Positions 8,959 to 17,539 of a stretch of DNA of 64,000 nucleotides are shown here, one piece after another. Within the stretch, counting starts at the first letter, position 1. Each line of letters begins with the position of its first letter. The notes beneath the pieces are model-generated. The model saw only the letters and a list, made by a program, of their open reading frames with translations, made no database searches and was not told where the DNA came from. The stretch is from positions 20,834 to 84,833 of the forward strand of contig DJEL01000015.1 in assembly GCA_002432425.1 (NCBI GenBank), in the 5' to 3' direction. The translations under genes and the position numbers were made by a program. The DNA is from Lachnospiraceae bacterium UBA5899 (GTDB taxonomy: Bacteria > Bacillota > Clostridia > Lachnospirales > Lachnospiraceae).

Positions 8959-11586
8959 ATGAAAAAATGGGTGTACTTATTTACCGAAGGTAACGCAAAC
9001 ATGCGTGAACTTCTCGGCGGTAAGGGTGCTAACCTGGCTGAAATGACCGGTCTTGGTCTTCCTGTTCCCCAGGGTTTCACTATTACCACAGAAGCTTGTA
9101 CTCAGTACTATGAGGACGGCAGAGAAATCAATGAAGAAATTCAGGCTCAGATCAATGAATACATTGTAAAGATGGAGGAAATTACCGGTAAGAAGTTCGG
9201 TGACAAGGAGAATCCCCTTCTTGTTTCTGTTCGTTCCGGTGCAAGAGCTTCCATGCCCGGTATGATGGATACCATCTTAAACCTTGGTTTAAATGAGACC
9301 GTTGTAAACGTAATCGCTGAGAAATCCGGCAATCCCCGTTGGGCTTGGGACTGCTACAGAAGATTTATCCAGATGTACTCTGACGTAGTTATGGAAGTTG
9401 GTAAGAAGTACTTCGAAGAACTCATCGACCAGATGAAGGCTAAGAAGGGCGTTACCTACGACGTAGAACTGACCGCAGAAGACTTAAAGGAACTTGCTTC
9501 CGAATTCAAGGCTGAATACAAAGAAAAAATCGGTGTAGACTTCCCCGACGATCCTAAGGAACAGTTAATGGGCGCTATCAAGGCTGTATTCCGTTCCTGG
9601 GACAACCCTCGTGCAAACGTATACCGTCGTGACAACGATATCCCTTATTCCTGGGGTACTGCTGTAAACGTACAGTCCATGGCTTTCGGTAACATGGGTG
9701 ATGACTGTGGTACCGGTGTTGCCTTCACAAGAGACCCGGCTACCGGCGAGAAGAAGCTGATGGGTGAATTCCTTGTAAACGCACAGGGCGAAGACGTTGT
9801 TGCCGGTGTTCGTACACCTATGCCTATCGCAGAGATGGCTGATAAATTCCCTGAAGCATTCGAACAGTTCAAGAAAGTTTGTGAAACCCTTGAAAACCAC
9901 TACAGAGATATGCAGGATATGGAGTTTACTGTTGAAAACAAGAAGCTTTACATGCTGCAGACCAGAAACGGTAAGAGAACAGCTCAGGCTGCATTAAAGA
10001 TTGCATGTGACTTAGTAGACGAAGGCATGAGAACCGAAAAAGAAGCAGTAGCTATGATCGATCCTCGTAACTTAGATACTCTGTTACATCCTCAGTTCGA
10101 TGCTAAGGCTCTTAAGGCTGCAACTCCTATGGGCAAAGGTCTTGGTGCATCTCCGGGTGCTGCCTGCGGTAAAATCGTATTTACAGCAGAAGATGCAGAA
10201 GAATGGGCAGCTAAGGGTGAAAAGGTTGTTCTGGTTCGTCTGGAAACCTCTCCCGAAGACATCACAGGTATGAAGGTATCCCAGGGTATCTTAACCGTTC
10301 GTGGTGGTATGACATCCCATGCAGCAGTAGTTGCCCGTGGTATGGGTACCTGCTGTGTATCCGGCTGCGGCGACATCGCAATGGATGAAGCAAACAAGAA
10401 ATTTACTCTTGCCGGCAAGGAATTCCATGAAGGAGACTACATCTCCATCGACGGTTCCACCGGTAACATTTATGACGGCCAGATTGCAACTGTAGATGCA
10501 ACCATCGCCGGTGAATTCGGCAGAATCATGGCTTGGGCAGATAAGTACAGAAAGCTGAAAGTTCGTACAAACGCAGATACTCCGACCGATGCAAAGAAGG
10601 CTCGTGAGCTTGGTGCAGAAGGTATTGGTCTTTGCCGTACAGAGCATATGTTCTTCGAAGAAGACAGAATTGCAGCATTCCGTGAAATGATCTGCTCCGA
10701 TACAGTAGAAGAAAGAGAAGCAGCTCTGGATAAGATTCTTCCTTATCAGCAGGGTGACTTCGAAAAATTATACGAAGCTCTGGAAGGATGTCCTGTTACC
10801 ATCCGTTTCCTGGATCCGCCTCTTCACGAATTCGTTCCTACCGAAGAAGCAGACATCGAGAAGCTTGCTAAGGCTCAGGGCAAATCCGTTGAGACTATCA
10901 AGAATATCATCGCTTCCTTACATGAATTCAACCCTATGATGGGTCACAGAGGATGCCGTCTTGCAGTTACCTATCCTGAAATTGCAAAGATGCAGACCAA
11001 GGCTGTTATCTGTGCAGCTATCAATGTAAAGAAGGCACATCCCGATTGGAATGTAGAGCCTGAAATCATGATTCCTCTGGTATGTGAAGTGAAGGAACTT
11101 AAGTACGTTAAGAAGGTAGTTGTAGAAACCGCTGACGCTGAAATCGCAGCAGCAGGCATCGACCTCAAGTACGAAGTAGGTACCATGATCGAAATCCCGA
11201 GAGCAGCTCTTACCGCTGATGAAATCGCTAAGGAAGCTGATTTCTTCTGCTTCGGTACCAACGACTTAACCCAGATGACATTCGGCTTCTCCCGTGATGA
11301 TGCCGGTAAGTTCTTAAATGCTTACTATGATGCAAAGATTTTCGAGAACGATCCGTTTGCTAAGCTTGACCAAACCGGCGTTGGCAAGCTGATGGATATG
11401 GCTATCAAACTTGGTAAGCCTGTAAATCCTAAGCTTCATGTTGGTATCTGTGGTGAGCACGGCGGAGATCCTTCTTCCGTTGAATTCTGCCACAAGATTG
11501 GCTTAGACTATGTATCCTGCTCACCTTTCCGTGTTCCTATTGCACGTCTGGCAGCAGCTCAGGCAGCTATCGCTGACGAGAAATAA
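8959..11586 (+). CDS. ppdK: pyruvate, phosphate dikinase
   Basis: 875 aa. N-terminal LLGGKGANLAEM, phosphohistidine region GGMTSHAAVVARG, and a C-terminal PEP-utilising TIM domain (GLCRTEHMF, GTNDLTQ). Strong codon bias and a good RBS. Confidence 0.95.
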   Translation: MKKWVYLFTEGNANMRELLGGKGANLAEMTGLGLPVPQGFTITTEACTQYYEDGREINEEIQAQINEYIVKMEEITGKKFGDKENPLLVSVRSGARASMPGMMDTILNLGLNETVVNVIAEKSGNPRWAWDCYRRFIQMYSDVVMEVGKKYFEELIDQMKAKKGVTYDVELTAEDLKELASEFKAEYKEKIGVDFPDDPKEQLMGAIKAVFRSWDNPRANVYRRDNDIPYSWGTAVNVQSMAFGNMGDDCGTGVAFTRDPATGEKKLMGEFLVNAQGEDVVAGVRTPMPIAEMADKFPEAFEQFKKVCETLENHYRDMQDMEFTVENKKLYMLQTRNGKRTAQAALKIACDLVDEGMRTEKEAVAMIDPRNLDTLLHPQFDAKALKAATPMGKGLGASPGAACGKIVFTAEDAEEWAAKGEKVVLVRLETSPEDITGMKVSQGILTVRGGMTSHAAVVARGMGTCCVSGCGDIAMDEANKKFTLAGKEFHEGDYISIDGSTGNIYDGQIATVDATIAGEFGRIMAWADKYRKLKVRTNADTPTDAKKARELGAEGIGLCRTEHMFFEEDRIAAFREMICSDTVEEREAALDKILPYQQGDFEKLYEALEGCPVTIRFLDPPLHEFVPTEEADIEKLAKAQGKSVETIKNIIASLHEFNPMMGHRGCRLAVTYPEIAKMQTKAVICAAINVKKAHPDWNVEPEIMIPLVCEVKELKYVKKVVVETADAEIAAAGIDLKYEVGTMIEIPRAALTADEIAKEADFFCFGTNDLTQMTFGFSRDDAGKFLNAYYDAKIFENDPFAKLDQTGVGKLMDMAIKLGKPVNPKLHVGICGEHGGDPSSVEFCHKIGLDYVSCSPFRVPIARLAAAQAAIADEK

Positions 11587-11631
11587 TACAAGGTCTGTAA
11601 CGGACATTTGATTTATTGCATAAATACAGAA

Positions 11632-11671
11632 ATCCCCCATACTTCGTGATGAAGTATGGGGGATTTTTTTG
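11632..11671 (+). terminator. intrinsic terminator of ppdK
   Basis: ATCCCCCATACTTC / GAAGTATGGGGGAT stem with a short loop, followed by TTTTTTT. Confidence 0.85.
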
Positions 11672-11701
11672 AAATGAAAAGTGAATTTTCAAAAATAATT
11701 C

Positions 11702-11730
11702 TTGACAATGAAAAAATGCAGCACTATAAT
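11702..11730 (+). promoter_or_regulatory. consensus sigma-A promoter of the sulfur operon leader
   Basis: Perfect TTGACA (11702-11707), 17-nt spacer, perfect TATAAT (11725-11730). Confidence 0.6.
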
Positions 11731-11783
11731 GCACATAAATCAGATAGGAATTATAAGAATAAAAAGAGAAGGAGGGAACGGCT

Positions 11784-11927
11784 ATGGGATTTCAGAAAAT
11801 GAAAAAAGAAAATAACAGAATTGCAGCCAGAGAAATGAACCGTTTCTTCGGCTTCCTTGTTTTACCCGAAACAGCATGTTGTCTATGTTGTTGTTACGAC
11901 ACAGGCGGCAATTTTTTCTGTAAATAA
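11784..11927 (+). CDS. 47-codon poly-cysteine leader peptide candidate (not in the supplied ORF track)
   Basis: AGGAGG lies 7-8 nt upstream of ATG 11784. Translation: MGFQKMKKENNRIAAREMNRFFGFLVLPETACCLCCCYDTGGNFFCK. Five TGT codons fall within six codons (11877-11894), and TAA is at 11925-11927. Confidence 0.55.
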   Translation: MGFQKMKKENNRIAAREMNRFFGFLVLPETACCLCCCYDTGGNFFCK

Positions 11928-11956
11928 ACAGATTGATTAGTGTATATAGAAACGGA

Positions 11957-12022
11957 GACTCCGCCTGTTTTATCCATATTTCTGAACGATGAGATATTGG
12001 AAAACGGGTGGAGTCTTTTTGC
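11957..12022 (+). terminator. attenuator-type intrinsic terminator between the leader ORF and the methyltransferase gene
   Basis: GACTCCGCCTGTTTT (11957-11971) pairs with AAAACGGGTGGAGTC (12001-12015): 15 bp including 2 G-U. The loop partly self-pairs, and TTTTTGCGTTT follows. Confidence 0.6.
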
Positions 12023-12049
12023 GTTTCTGTAAAAGGTGAGGGAAAAACA

Positions 12050-12967
12050 ATGGTTGAAAGCAGAGAAAGCATTACGGCAAAGTTATGTTCTTTTGCCAGG
12101 GCTTATCATTCTAATTTTGAAAAAGAGAAAATTTTTGATGACTATCTTGCATTTGACTTCATGGGAAAAGAGGAATACGAGGAGATGGGGCAGCTCATCC
12201 AGAATGATTTTAATGTATCCGCCCTGGACCCGCAAAGCGATTTTGACGGCTCTTTCGTATACCCGTGGCTAAACCGGTTCATTTCGCCCATTCCGCTATC
12301 GCGCATCGCTTTTGCAGAGAAGGAGCTGCAGCGGTTTGTAAAGGAAAAGGGAAAATGCCAGTATGTAATCTGCGGAGCGGGTATGGATACCTTTGCATTC
12401 CGAAATGAAAATCCGGATATTCGTATCTTTGAACTGGACCACCCCGATACGCAGCAGTATAAACTGGAGCGGGTAAAGAAGTTGGAGTGGACGATACCCG
12501 AAAATGTACGGTATGTGCCCATTGATTTTTCCAAGGATGACATGAACCGGGTATTGCAGGAATCGGGAATTGACGAAAATATGCCGACCTTTGTTTCCAT
12601 TCTCGGGGTAACGTATTATCTGACATTGCCGGTTTTGGAACAGACATTAAAGAAGGTGGGAGGTATATCGGAAAAGGAAAGCCGTGTGGTATTTGATTTT
12701 CCCGATGAAACAACCTTTGACCCTCATGGAATCGAAAGGGTTTACGGACTGACACACATAACGGAAAAGTTAGGGGAACCGATGCTGCATGGCTTCCGCC
12801 TGCCGGAAATTTATCTGGCACTTTGGGAAAATGGTTTTCAGGTGGAGAAATACGAATCACCGGAAATGATACAAAAAAAATTTTTCGGAGAAAGAAAAGA
12901 CAGACAAAAGGCTTTTGAAAATATCCATTTTATTTTAGCAAAGAAAACAGAAAGGTATGGTGAGTAA
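12050..12967 (+). CDS. class I SAM-dependent methyltransferase (LCM/O-methyltransferase-like)
   Basis: AAAGGTGAGGG RBS before ATG 12050; the 12008 start lies inside the terminator. Motif VICGAGMDTF is a SAM-binding glycine loop. The gene occupies the ubiG position of ubiG-mccB-mccA type operons. Confidence 0.8.
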   Translation: MVESRESITAKLCSFARAYHSNFEKEKIFDDYLAFDFMGKEEYEEMGQLIQNDFNVSALDPQSDFDGSFVYPWLNRFISPIPLSRIAFAEKELQRFVKEKGKCQYVICGAGMDTFAFRNENPDIRIFELDHPDTQQYKLERVKKLEWTIPENVRYVPIDFSKDDMNRVLQESGIDENMPTFVSILGVTYYLTLPVLEQTLKKVGGISEKESRVVFDFPDETTFDPHGIERVYGLTHITEKLGEPMLHGFRLPEIYLALWENGFQVEKYESPEMIQKKFFGERKDRQKAFENIHFILAKKTERYGE

Positions 12968-12968
12968 C

Positions 12969-14138
12969 ATGAAAGAGAAAGAGTACAGCAGAATGGAAAC
13001 GGCAATTATTCACGGAGGTATTTACGGGGACAGTCAGACGGGAGCCGTCAATGTTCCGATTTATCAGACATCCACGTATGAACAGAAAGCACTGGGAGAA
13101 AACGCCGGCTGGGAGTATTCCCGCACCGGAAATCCTACAAGAGCGGCGCTGGAAAGCCTGATAGCCGAACTGGAGAAAGGAAAGGCAGGCTTCGCCTTCG
13201 GCTCCGGCATGGCAGCCATTACAGCAGTGCTCAGCCTGTTTCATTCCGGGGACAAAATTCTCATATCCAGCAATGTATATGGGGGAACCTTCCGCGTCTT
13301 AGATAAAATATTTAAGAACTTTGAAATCAGCTATTCCATAGAAGACACCACGGACCTTGACACTCTCGACAGCAGGATTACACCGGAAGTAAAAGCCATT
13401 CTGATAGAAAGCCCTGCCAATCCGCTTCTAACCGTGACGGATATTGCGGGAGTGGCTGCCATAGCAAAAAAGCACGGTATCCTTTCCGTTGTGGACAACA
13501 CCTTTATGACGCCTTATTTGCAGCGCCCGATTGAACTGGGAGCAGATATCGTGATTCACAGTGCCACCAAATATTTAGGCGGACACAGCGACGTCGTGGC
13601 AGGACTTGTTGCGGTCAACAGTGATGCCCTTGCGGAGCGTCTGGCGTTTATACAGAATGCCACCGGAGGCGTACTGGGACCGTTTGATTCCTTTCTGCTG
13701 ATACGGGGCATCAAGACACTGGGGGTACGGCTTGACCGGCATGTGGAAAATGCAGAAAAAGCAGCAGCGCATCTGAAAGCCCATAAAGCGGTCTGGAAGG
13801 TGTATTATCCGGGACTGCCGGACGCGCAGGGATATGAAATCAATAAAAAGCAGGCAAAAAACGGCGGCGCTATGATTTCCTTTGAACTTTATGAAAATTA
13901 CAACATCCGCAAGTTCTTTTCCTCACTGAAGATTATTGCCCTTGCGGAAAGTCTTGGCGGAGTGGAGAGCCTTGTATGCCATCCGGCAAGCATGACCCAT
14001 GCTTCCATTCCGTATGAGGTGAGACAGAAAGTGGGCATTACGGACGGACTCATCCGCCTGTCTATAGGGATTGAAAACATTCAGGACCTTTTAGAAGATT
14101 TGGACCGTGCAATCGCAGAAAGTGAGGAAAAAGCATGA
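12969..14138 (+). CDS. mccB: PLP-dependent cystathionine gamma-lyase / homocysteine gamma-lyase family (Cys/Met metabolism)
   Basis: TGAVNVPIYQTSTY N-terminus and the PLP-lysine region HSATKYLGGHSD. ATG 12969 is 1 nt after the upstream stop; 12957 is an alternative start. Confidence 0.85.
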   Translation: MKEKEYSRMETAIIHGGIYGDSQTGAVNVPIYQTSTYEQKALGENAGWEYSRTGNPTRAALESLIAELEKGKAGFAFGSGMAAITAVLSLFHSGDKILISSNVYGGTFRVLDKIFKNFEISYSIEDTTDLDTLDSRITPEVKAILIESPANPLLTVTDIAGVAAIAKKHGILSVVDNTFMTPYLQRPIELGADIVIHSATKYLGGHSDVVAGLVAVNSDALAERLAFIQNATGGVLGPFDSFLLIRGIKTLGVRLDRHVENAEKAAAHLKAHKAVWKVYYPGLPDAQGYEINKKQAKNGGAMISFELYENYNIRKFFSSLKIIALAESLGGVESLVCHPASMTHASIPYEVRQKVGITDGLIRLSIGIENIQDLLEDLDRAIAESEEKA

Positions 14139-15046
14139 GCTATTATGAATCGATGCAGGAGTTAATCGGGAATACGCCGCTGGTAAAATTAATTTATACG
14201 GGAAACAGGGAAGGGGTACAGCTGTTTGCCAAGCTGGAACTGTTCAACCCCTCCGGCAGTGTAAAGGATCGTACCGGAAAATACATGCTTGCGGATGCGG
14301 AAAAAAGAGGGAAACTTCTAAAGGGCGGAACCATTGTGGAAGCAACTGCCGGGAATACCGGGCTGGGAATTGCATTTGCGGCATTAAACAAAGGATACCG
14401 TATTATCTTTGTGGTGCCGACGAAATTTTCAGAGGAAAAGCAGACCCTGCTTCGGGCGCTCGGTGCAGAAATTGTGAATACCCCAAGGGAAGAAGGAATG
14501 CTTGGCGCGGCCCGCAAGGCAGAAGAATTAAGAAGCGTTATTCCGGGGGCGGTTTCCTTAGAGCAGTTTAAAAATCAGGCAAATCCGCTGGCACATTACG
14601 AAACAACGGGACCGGAAATCTACCGGGACCTGGAAGGAAAGATTGATTATCTGGTTGCCGGTGCGGGGAGCGGGGGAACATACACCGGCATTGTGCGTTA
14701 CTTAAAGGAACAAAATCCGAATATCAAAGGAATTCTGGCAGACCCGGTGGGCTCCACCATGGGCGGCGGAGAACACGGAGATTATGACATTGAGGGGATA
14801 GGCAACGATTTTATTGCGGAAACTATGGATATGTCACTGGTGGACAAAGTCATTAAGATTGATGACAACGATGCGTTTACCGGTGCCAGGGAACTGGCGG
14901 CAAAAGAGGGGATTTTTGCCGGTTCTTCTTCCGGAGCGGCATTTTCCGCAGCCAAGAAGCTGATTGCGGAAGGAGCGCAGGGAAACATCGTGATTGTTCT
15001 GCCGGACAGAGGGGACAGATACTTCAGTAAAAAGCTGTATGGATGA
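14135..15046 (+). CDS. mccA: cysteine synthase / O-acetylserine-dependent cystathionine beta-synthase family
   Basis: IGNTPLVKL, PLP-lysine motif NPSGSVKDR, TAGNTG and GAGSGGT loops. ATGA overlap with mccB. Confidence 0.85.
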   Translation: MSYYESMQELIGNTPLVKLIYTGNREGVQLFAKLELFNPSGSVKDRTGKYMLADAEKRGKLLKGGTIVEATAGNTGLGIAFAALNKGYRIIFVVPTKFSEEKQTLLRALGAEIVNTPREEGMLGAARKAEELRSVIPGAVSLEQFKNQANPLAHYETTGPEIYRDLEGKIDYLVAGAGSGGTYTGIVRYLKEQNPNIKGILADPVGSTMGGGEHGDYDIEGIGNDFIAETMDMSLVDKVIKIDDNDAFTGARELAAKEGIFAGSSSGAAFSAAKKLIAEGAQGNIVIVLPDRGDRYFSKKLYG

Positions 15047-15159
15047 AAACGGCAAAAACATATTGCCCTTATAGGCATTCTGTTTTATAATAAGAGAAAC
15101 AGAACATATGAAAATGAATGACGAAGGCAAACAGACGAAGAAAGAGAGGACGGATGGAT

Positions 15160-15351
15160 ATGGATATTGCTGGACTTTCTATGGATATGTCAATGATGAA
15201 TGTGCAGTCGAAGGTGAGTGTAGCCATGCTGGATAAATCTCTTGATATGGAACGGTCACTGGGAGACGGTCTGGTGCAGATGATAGATGCAGCGGCTATG
15301 GAGCGAAGCGCCAACCCGGCAGTGGGAGGAAGCGTAGACATTCGGTTATAA
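15160..15351 (+). CDS. YjfB-family small protein (putative motility-associated)
   Basis: MDIAGLSMDMSMMNVQSKVSVAMLDKSLD...GGSVDIRL resembles the YjfB family. AGAGGA lies 9 nt before ATG 15160; earlier in-frame starts have poor spacing. Confidence 0.7.
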   Translation: MDIAGLSMDMSMMNVQSKVSVAMLDKSLDMERSLGDGLVQMIDAAAMERSANPAVGGSVDIRL

Positions 15352-15357
15352 AGAAAA

Positions 15358-15387
15358 AGGAAAGGCGATGCCTTTCCTCTTTTTTTG
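15358..15387 (+). terminator. intrinsic terminator
   Basis: AGGAAAGGC-GAT-GCCTTTCCT hairpin followed by CTTTTTTT. Confidence 0.8.
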
Positions 15388-15389
15388 AA

Positions 15390-15431
15390 CAGGATATACT
15401 TTGCGTATTGCAGGATATACTCTGCGTGTTA
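15390..15431 (+). repeat. two tandem 21-nt direct repeats upstream of ktrB
   Basis: CAGGATATACTTTGCGTATTG and CAGGATATACTCTGCGTGTTA are adjacent, with a 21-nt period and three mismatches. Confidence 0.6.
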
Positions 15432-15464
15432 TAAAAAGGAAAGCGGCATGCGGACAGCATGTGA

Positions 15465-16820
15465 ATGGATGCAAACATCATGAACGAAGAAATTATAAAA
15501 CGGAAAAAGCGCCTTTCTTCTTTTCAGACTATCATATTGGGCTTTGCAGGCGTTATTTTATTGGGAGCATTGCTTCTGATGCTGCCCATTGCCACAAAGG
15601 AAAGGGTGGTGACGCCTTTCCATGAAACCCTGTTTACCGCCACCTCTGCGACCTGCGTGACGGGACTGGTGGTACAGGATACCGGCAGCTATTGGTCGGT
15701 GTTCGGACAGGCAATCCTTCTTTTGCTGATACAGATTGGCGGACTCGGTGTGGTGACGGTGGCGGTTGCGCTTACCATGCTTTCGGGCAAAAAGATTTCG
15801 TTAATGCAGCGAAGCACCATGCAGGAAGCCATATCCGCACCGCAGGTGGGCGGAATTGTCAGACTGACCGGGTTTATTTTGAAAGGAACGTTTCTCATAG
15901 AGCTCGTGGGCGCCCTGTGCCTTATGCCGGTGTTTGTAAAGGACTTCGGAATAAAGGGTATCTGGTATGCCTTCTTCCACTCCATATCGGCTTTTTGCAA
16001 CGGCGGATTTGATTTGCTGGGTACGGCGGATAACCGGTTTGTATCCCTGACGGGATATGCGGGCAATGTGCCGGTGAATGTGATTATTATGTTGCTCATT
16101 TTACTGGGCGGTCTGGGATTTTTAACCTGGGAAGATATCTGCACGAAGAAGTTCCACTTCAAAAAATACCGGCTGCAGAGTAAAATTGTACTGACGGCAT
16201 CGGTATTTTTACTGGTGCTGCCGGCGGTGTTTTTCTTTTTCTGCGAATTCAAGGATATGCCGCTTAAGGAGAGGATTTTGTACTCCCTTTTCCAGACGGT
16301 AACGCCGAGGACGGCGGGCTTTAACACGGCAGACCTGGCAGGTATGCAGGGGGCATCCAAGGCAGTAATGATAGTTCTTATGCTAATCGGCGGAGCACCC
16401 GGTTCTACTGCGGGCGGTATGAAGATTACGACACTGGCGGTTCTTGTCGCCGATATGCGTTCGGTTTTCCGACAGAAAGAAGATATGCAGTTCTTTGGCA
16501 GAAGAATAGAAGAAGGTGCCGTTAAGACGGCGGCTGCTGTTCTGACTCTGTACCTTACACTGTTTGTAGGTGGAGCCATAGCCATCAGTGTGGCGGAGGG
16601 GCTGCCTCTGGGGGACTGCCTGTTTGAAACGTGTTCTGCGGTAGCAACGGTGGGTGTGACGCTGGGCATCACTCCGGGGCTTGGCATTTTCTCCCAGATT
16701 ATTCTGACTACTTTAATGTTTATGGGCAGAGTGGGATGCCTGACCCTGATATATGCGGCAATATCCGGCGGAAACAAAAACTTTTCAAGGCTTCCGCAGG
16801 AAAAAGTAATGGTAGGATAA
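15465..16820 (+). CDS. ktrB: TrkH/KtrB-family potassium uptake membrane subunit
   Basis: 451-aa polytopic protein with repeated selectivity-filter-like segments (CNGGFD, RTAGFN, TAGGMK, TVGVT). An alternative start lies at 15480. Confidence 0.9.
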   Translation: MDANIMNEEIIKRKKRLSSFQTIILGFAGVILLGALLLMLPIATKERVVTPFHETLFTATSATCVTGLVVQDTGSYWSVFGQAILLLLIQIGGLGVVTVAVALTMLSGKKISLMQRSTMQEAISAPQVGGIVRLTGFILKGTFLIELVGALCLMPVFVKDFGIKGIWYAFFHSISAFCNGGFDLLGTADNRFVSLTGYAGNVPVNVIIMLLILLGGLGFLTWEDICTKKFHFKKYRLQSKIVLTASVFLLVLPAVFFFFCEFKDMPLKERILYSLFQTVTPRTAGFNTADLAGMQGASKAVMIVLMLIGGAPGSTAGGMKITTLAVLVADMRSVFRQKEDMQFFGRRIEEGAVKTAAAVLTLYLTLFVGGAIAISVAEGLPLGDCLFETCSAVATVGVTLGITPGLGIFSQIILTTLMFMGRVGCLTLIYAAISGGNKNFSRLPQEKVMVG

Positions 16821-16837
16821 GGAAGGGCTTACGGATT

Positions 16838-17485
16838 ATGAAAAATATACTTTTGATCGGATTAGGAAGATTTGGCAAACATATTGCCATGCAGACCAGT
16901 CAGCTTGGTCATCAGATTATGGCTGTGGACAGTCGGGAAGAACGGATTAACGAAGTGCTGCCCTACGTGACGGATGCGCAGATTGGCGACAGTACCAATC
17001 AGGCTTTCCTACAGTCGCTGGGCGTCAGCAATTTTGATGTCTGCATTGTGACCATCGGCGGGGATTTTCAGAGCTCTCTGGAAACAACCTCTCTTTTGAA
17101 GGAACTGGGAGCCAAAAAGGTGGTTTCCCGGGCGGAGCAGGATGTGCAGGCAAAGTTTTTACTTAGAAACGGAGCGGATGAAGTGGTTTACCCGGAAAAA
17201 CAGATTGCCAGATGGGCAGCCATCCGTTATACCTCCGACCATATACTGGATTACATCAGCGTGGATGAGAAACACGCGATTTTCGAGGTGGAAGTACCGG
17301 AAAATTGGATTGGAAAGAGCATTGGCGAAATCGATGTGCGTAAAAAATACGGCATCAATATTATGGGTATCCGGGAGAATGGAAAAATGAGCATTGCCGT
17401 AAATCCCGATTTGGTCCTGACAGGAAATATCACCATGTTAGTATTGGGTGAGTACAAGTCGTTGCAGAAATGCTTCCACATTTGA
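16838..17485 (+). CDS. ktrA: TrkA/KtrA-family K+ uptake regulatory subunit (RCK N+C domains)
   Basis: MKNILLIGLGRFGKHIA Rossmann start. The 16631 ORF start overlaps ktrB and is an artefactual extension. Confidence 0.9.
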   Translation: MKNILLIGLGRFGKHIAMQTSQLGHQIMAVDSREERINEVLPYVTDAQIGDSTNQAFLQSLGVSNFDVCIVTIGGDFQSSLETTSLLKELGAKKVVSRAEQDVQAKFLLRNGADEVVYPEKQIARWAAIRYTSDHILDYISVDEKHAIFEVEVPENWIGKSIGEIDVRKKYGINIMGIRENGKMSIAVNPDLVLTGNITMLVLGEYKSLQKCFHI

Positions 17486-17539
17486 CGGACAATACGTTTA
17501 CAGAAAATTCCTATTGAAAAGTATTGAGGAGTAAAAGAT

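Noticed and set aside
11784-11927. Cys-rich short ORF as a RiPP precursor (SCIFF/ranthipeptide, sactipeptide or lanthipeptide)
   Set aside because: No radical-SAM, LanM/LanB, protease or exporter gene is adjacent. The CCLCCC pattern does not resemble SCIFF as I recall it. The ORF is followed by a terminator and a cysteine-biosynthesis operon, which fits a regulatory leader better. This is not fully excluded.
11731-12049. T-box (tRNA-Cys) or SAM (S-box) riboswitch upstream of mccB/mccA, and an S-box antisense element downstream (15047-15153)
   Set aside because: I could not find the T-box consensus (AATTAGGGTGGTACCGCG-like) or the S-box blocks (TCTTATC.AGAG.GG..GAGGGA) on either strand. The downstream spacer is only about 110 nt and shows no such motifs.
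15388-15464. c-di-AMP (ydaO/kimA) riboswitch before ktrB
   Set aside because: The intergenic space (about 77 nt) is far shorter than that riboswitch and consists mainly of two direct repeats.
15689-16777. 362-aa minus-strand ORF antisense to ktrB; likewise 62226-63251 (341 aa), 53715-54434 (239 aa), 56472-57212 (246 aa), 52414-53049, 20296-20853, 21337-21924, 40754-41257 and 41973-42491
   Set aside because: Each lies antisense to a gene with clear family motifs. Their translations are low-complexity (P/S/A/R-rich), they lack RBSs, and they would require near-complete gene overlap. They are shadow ORFs.
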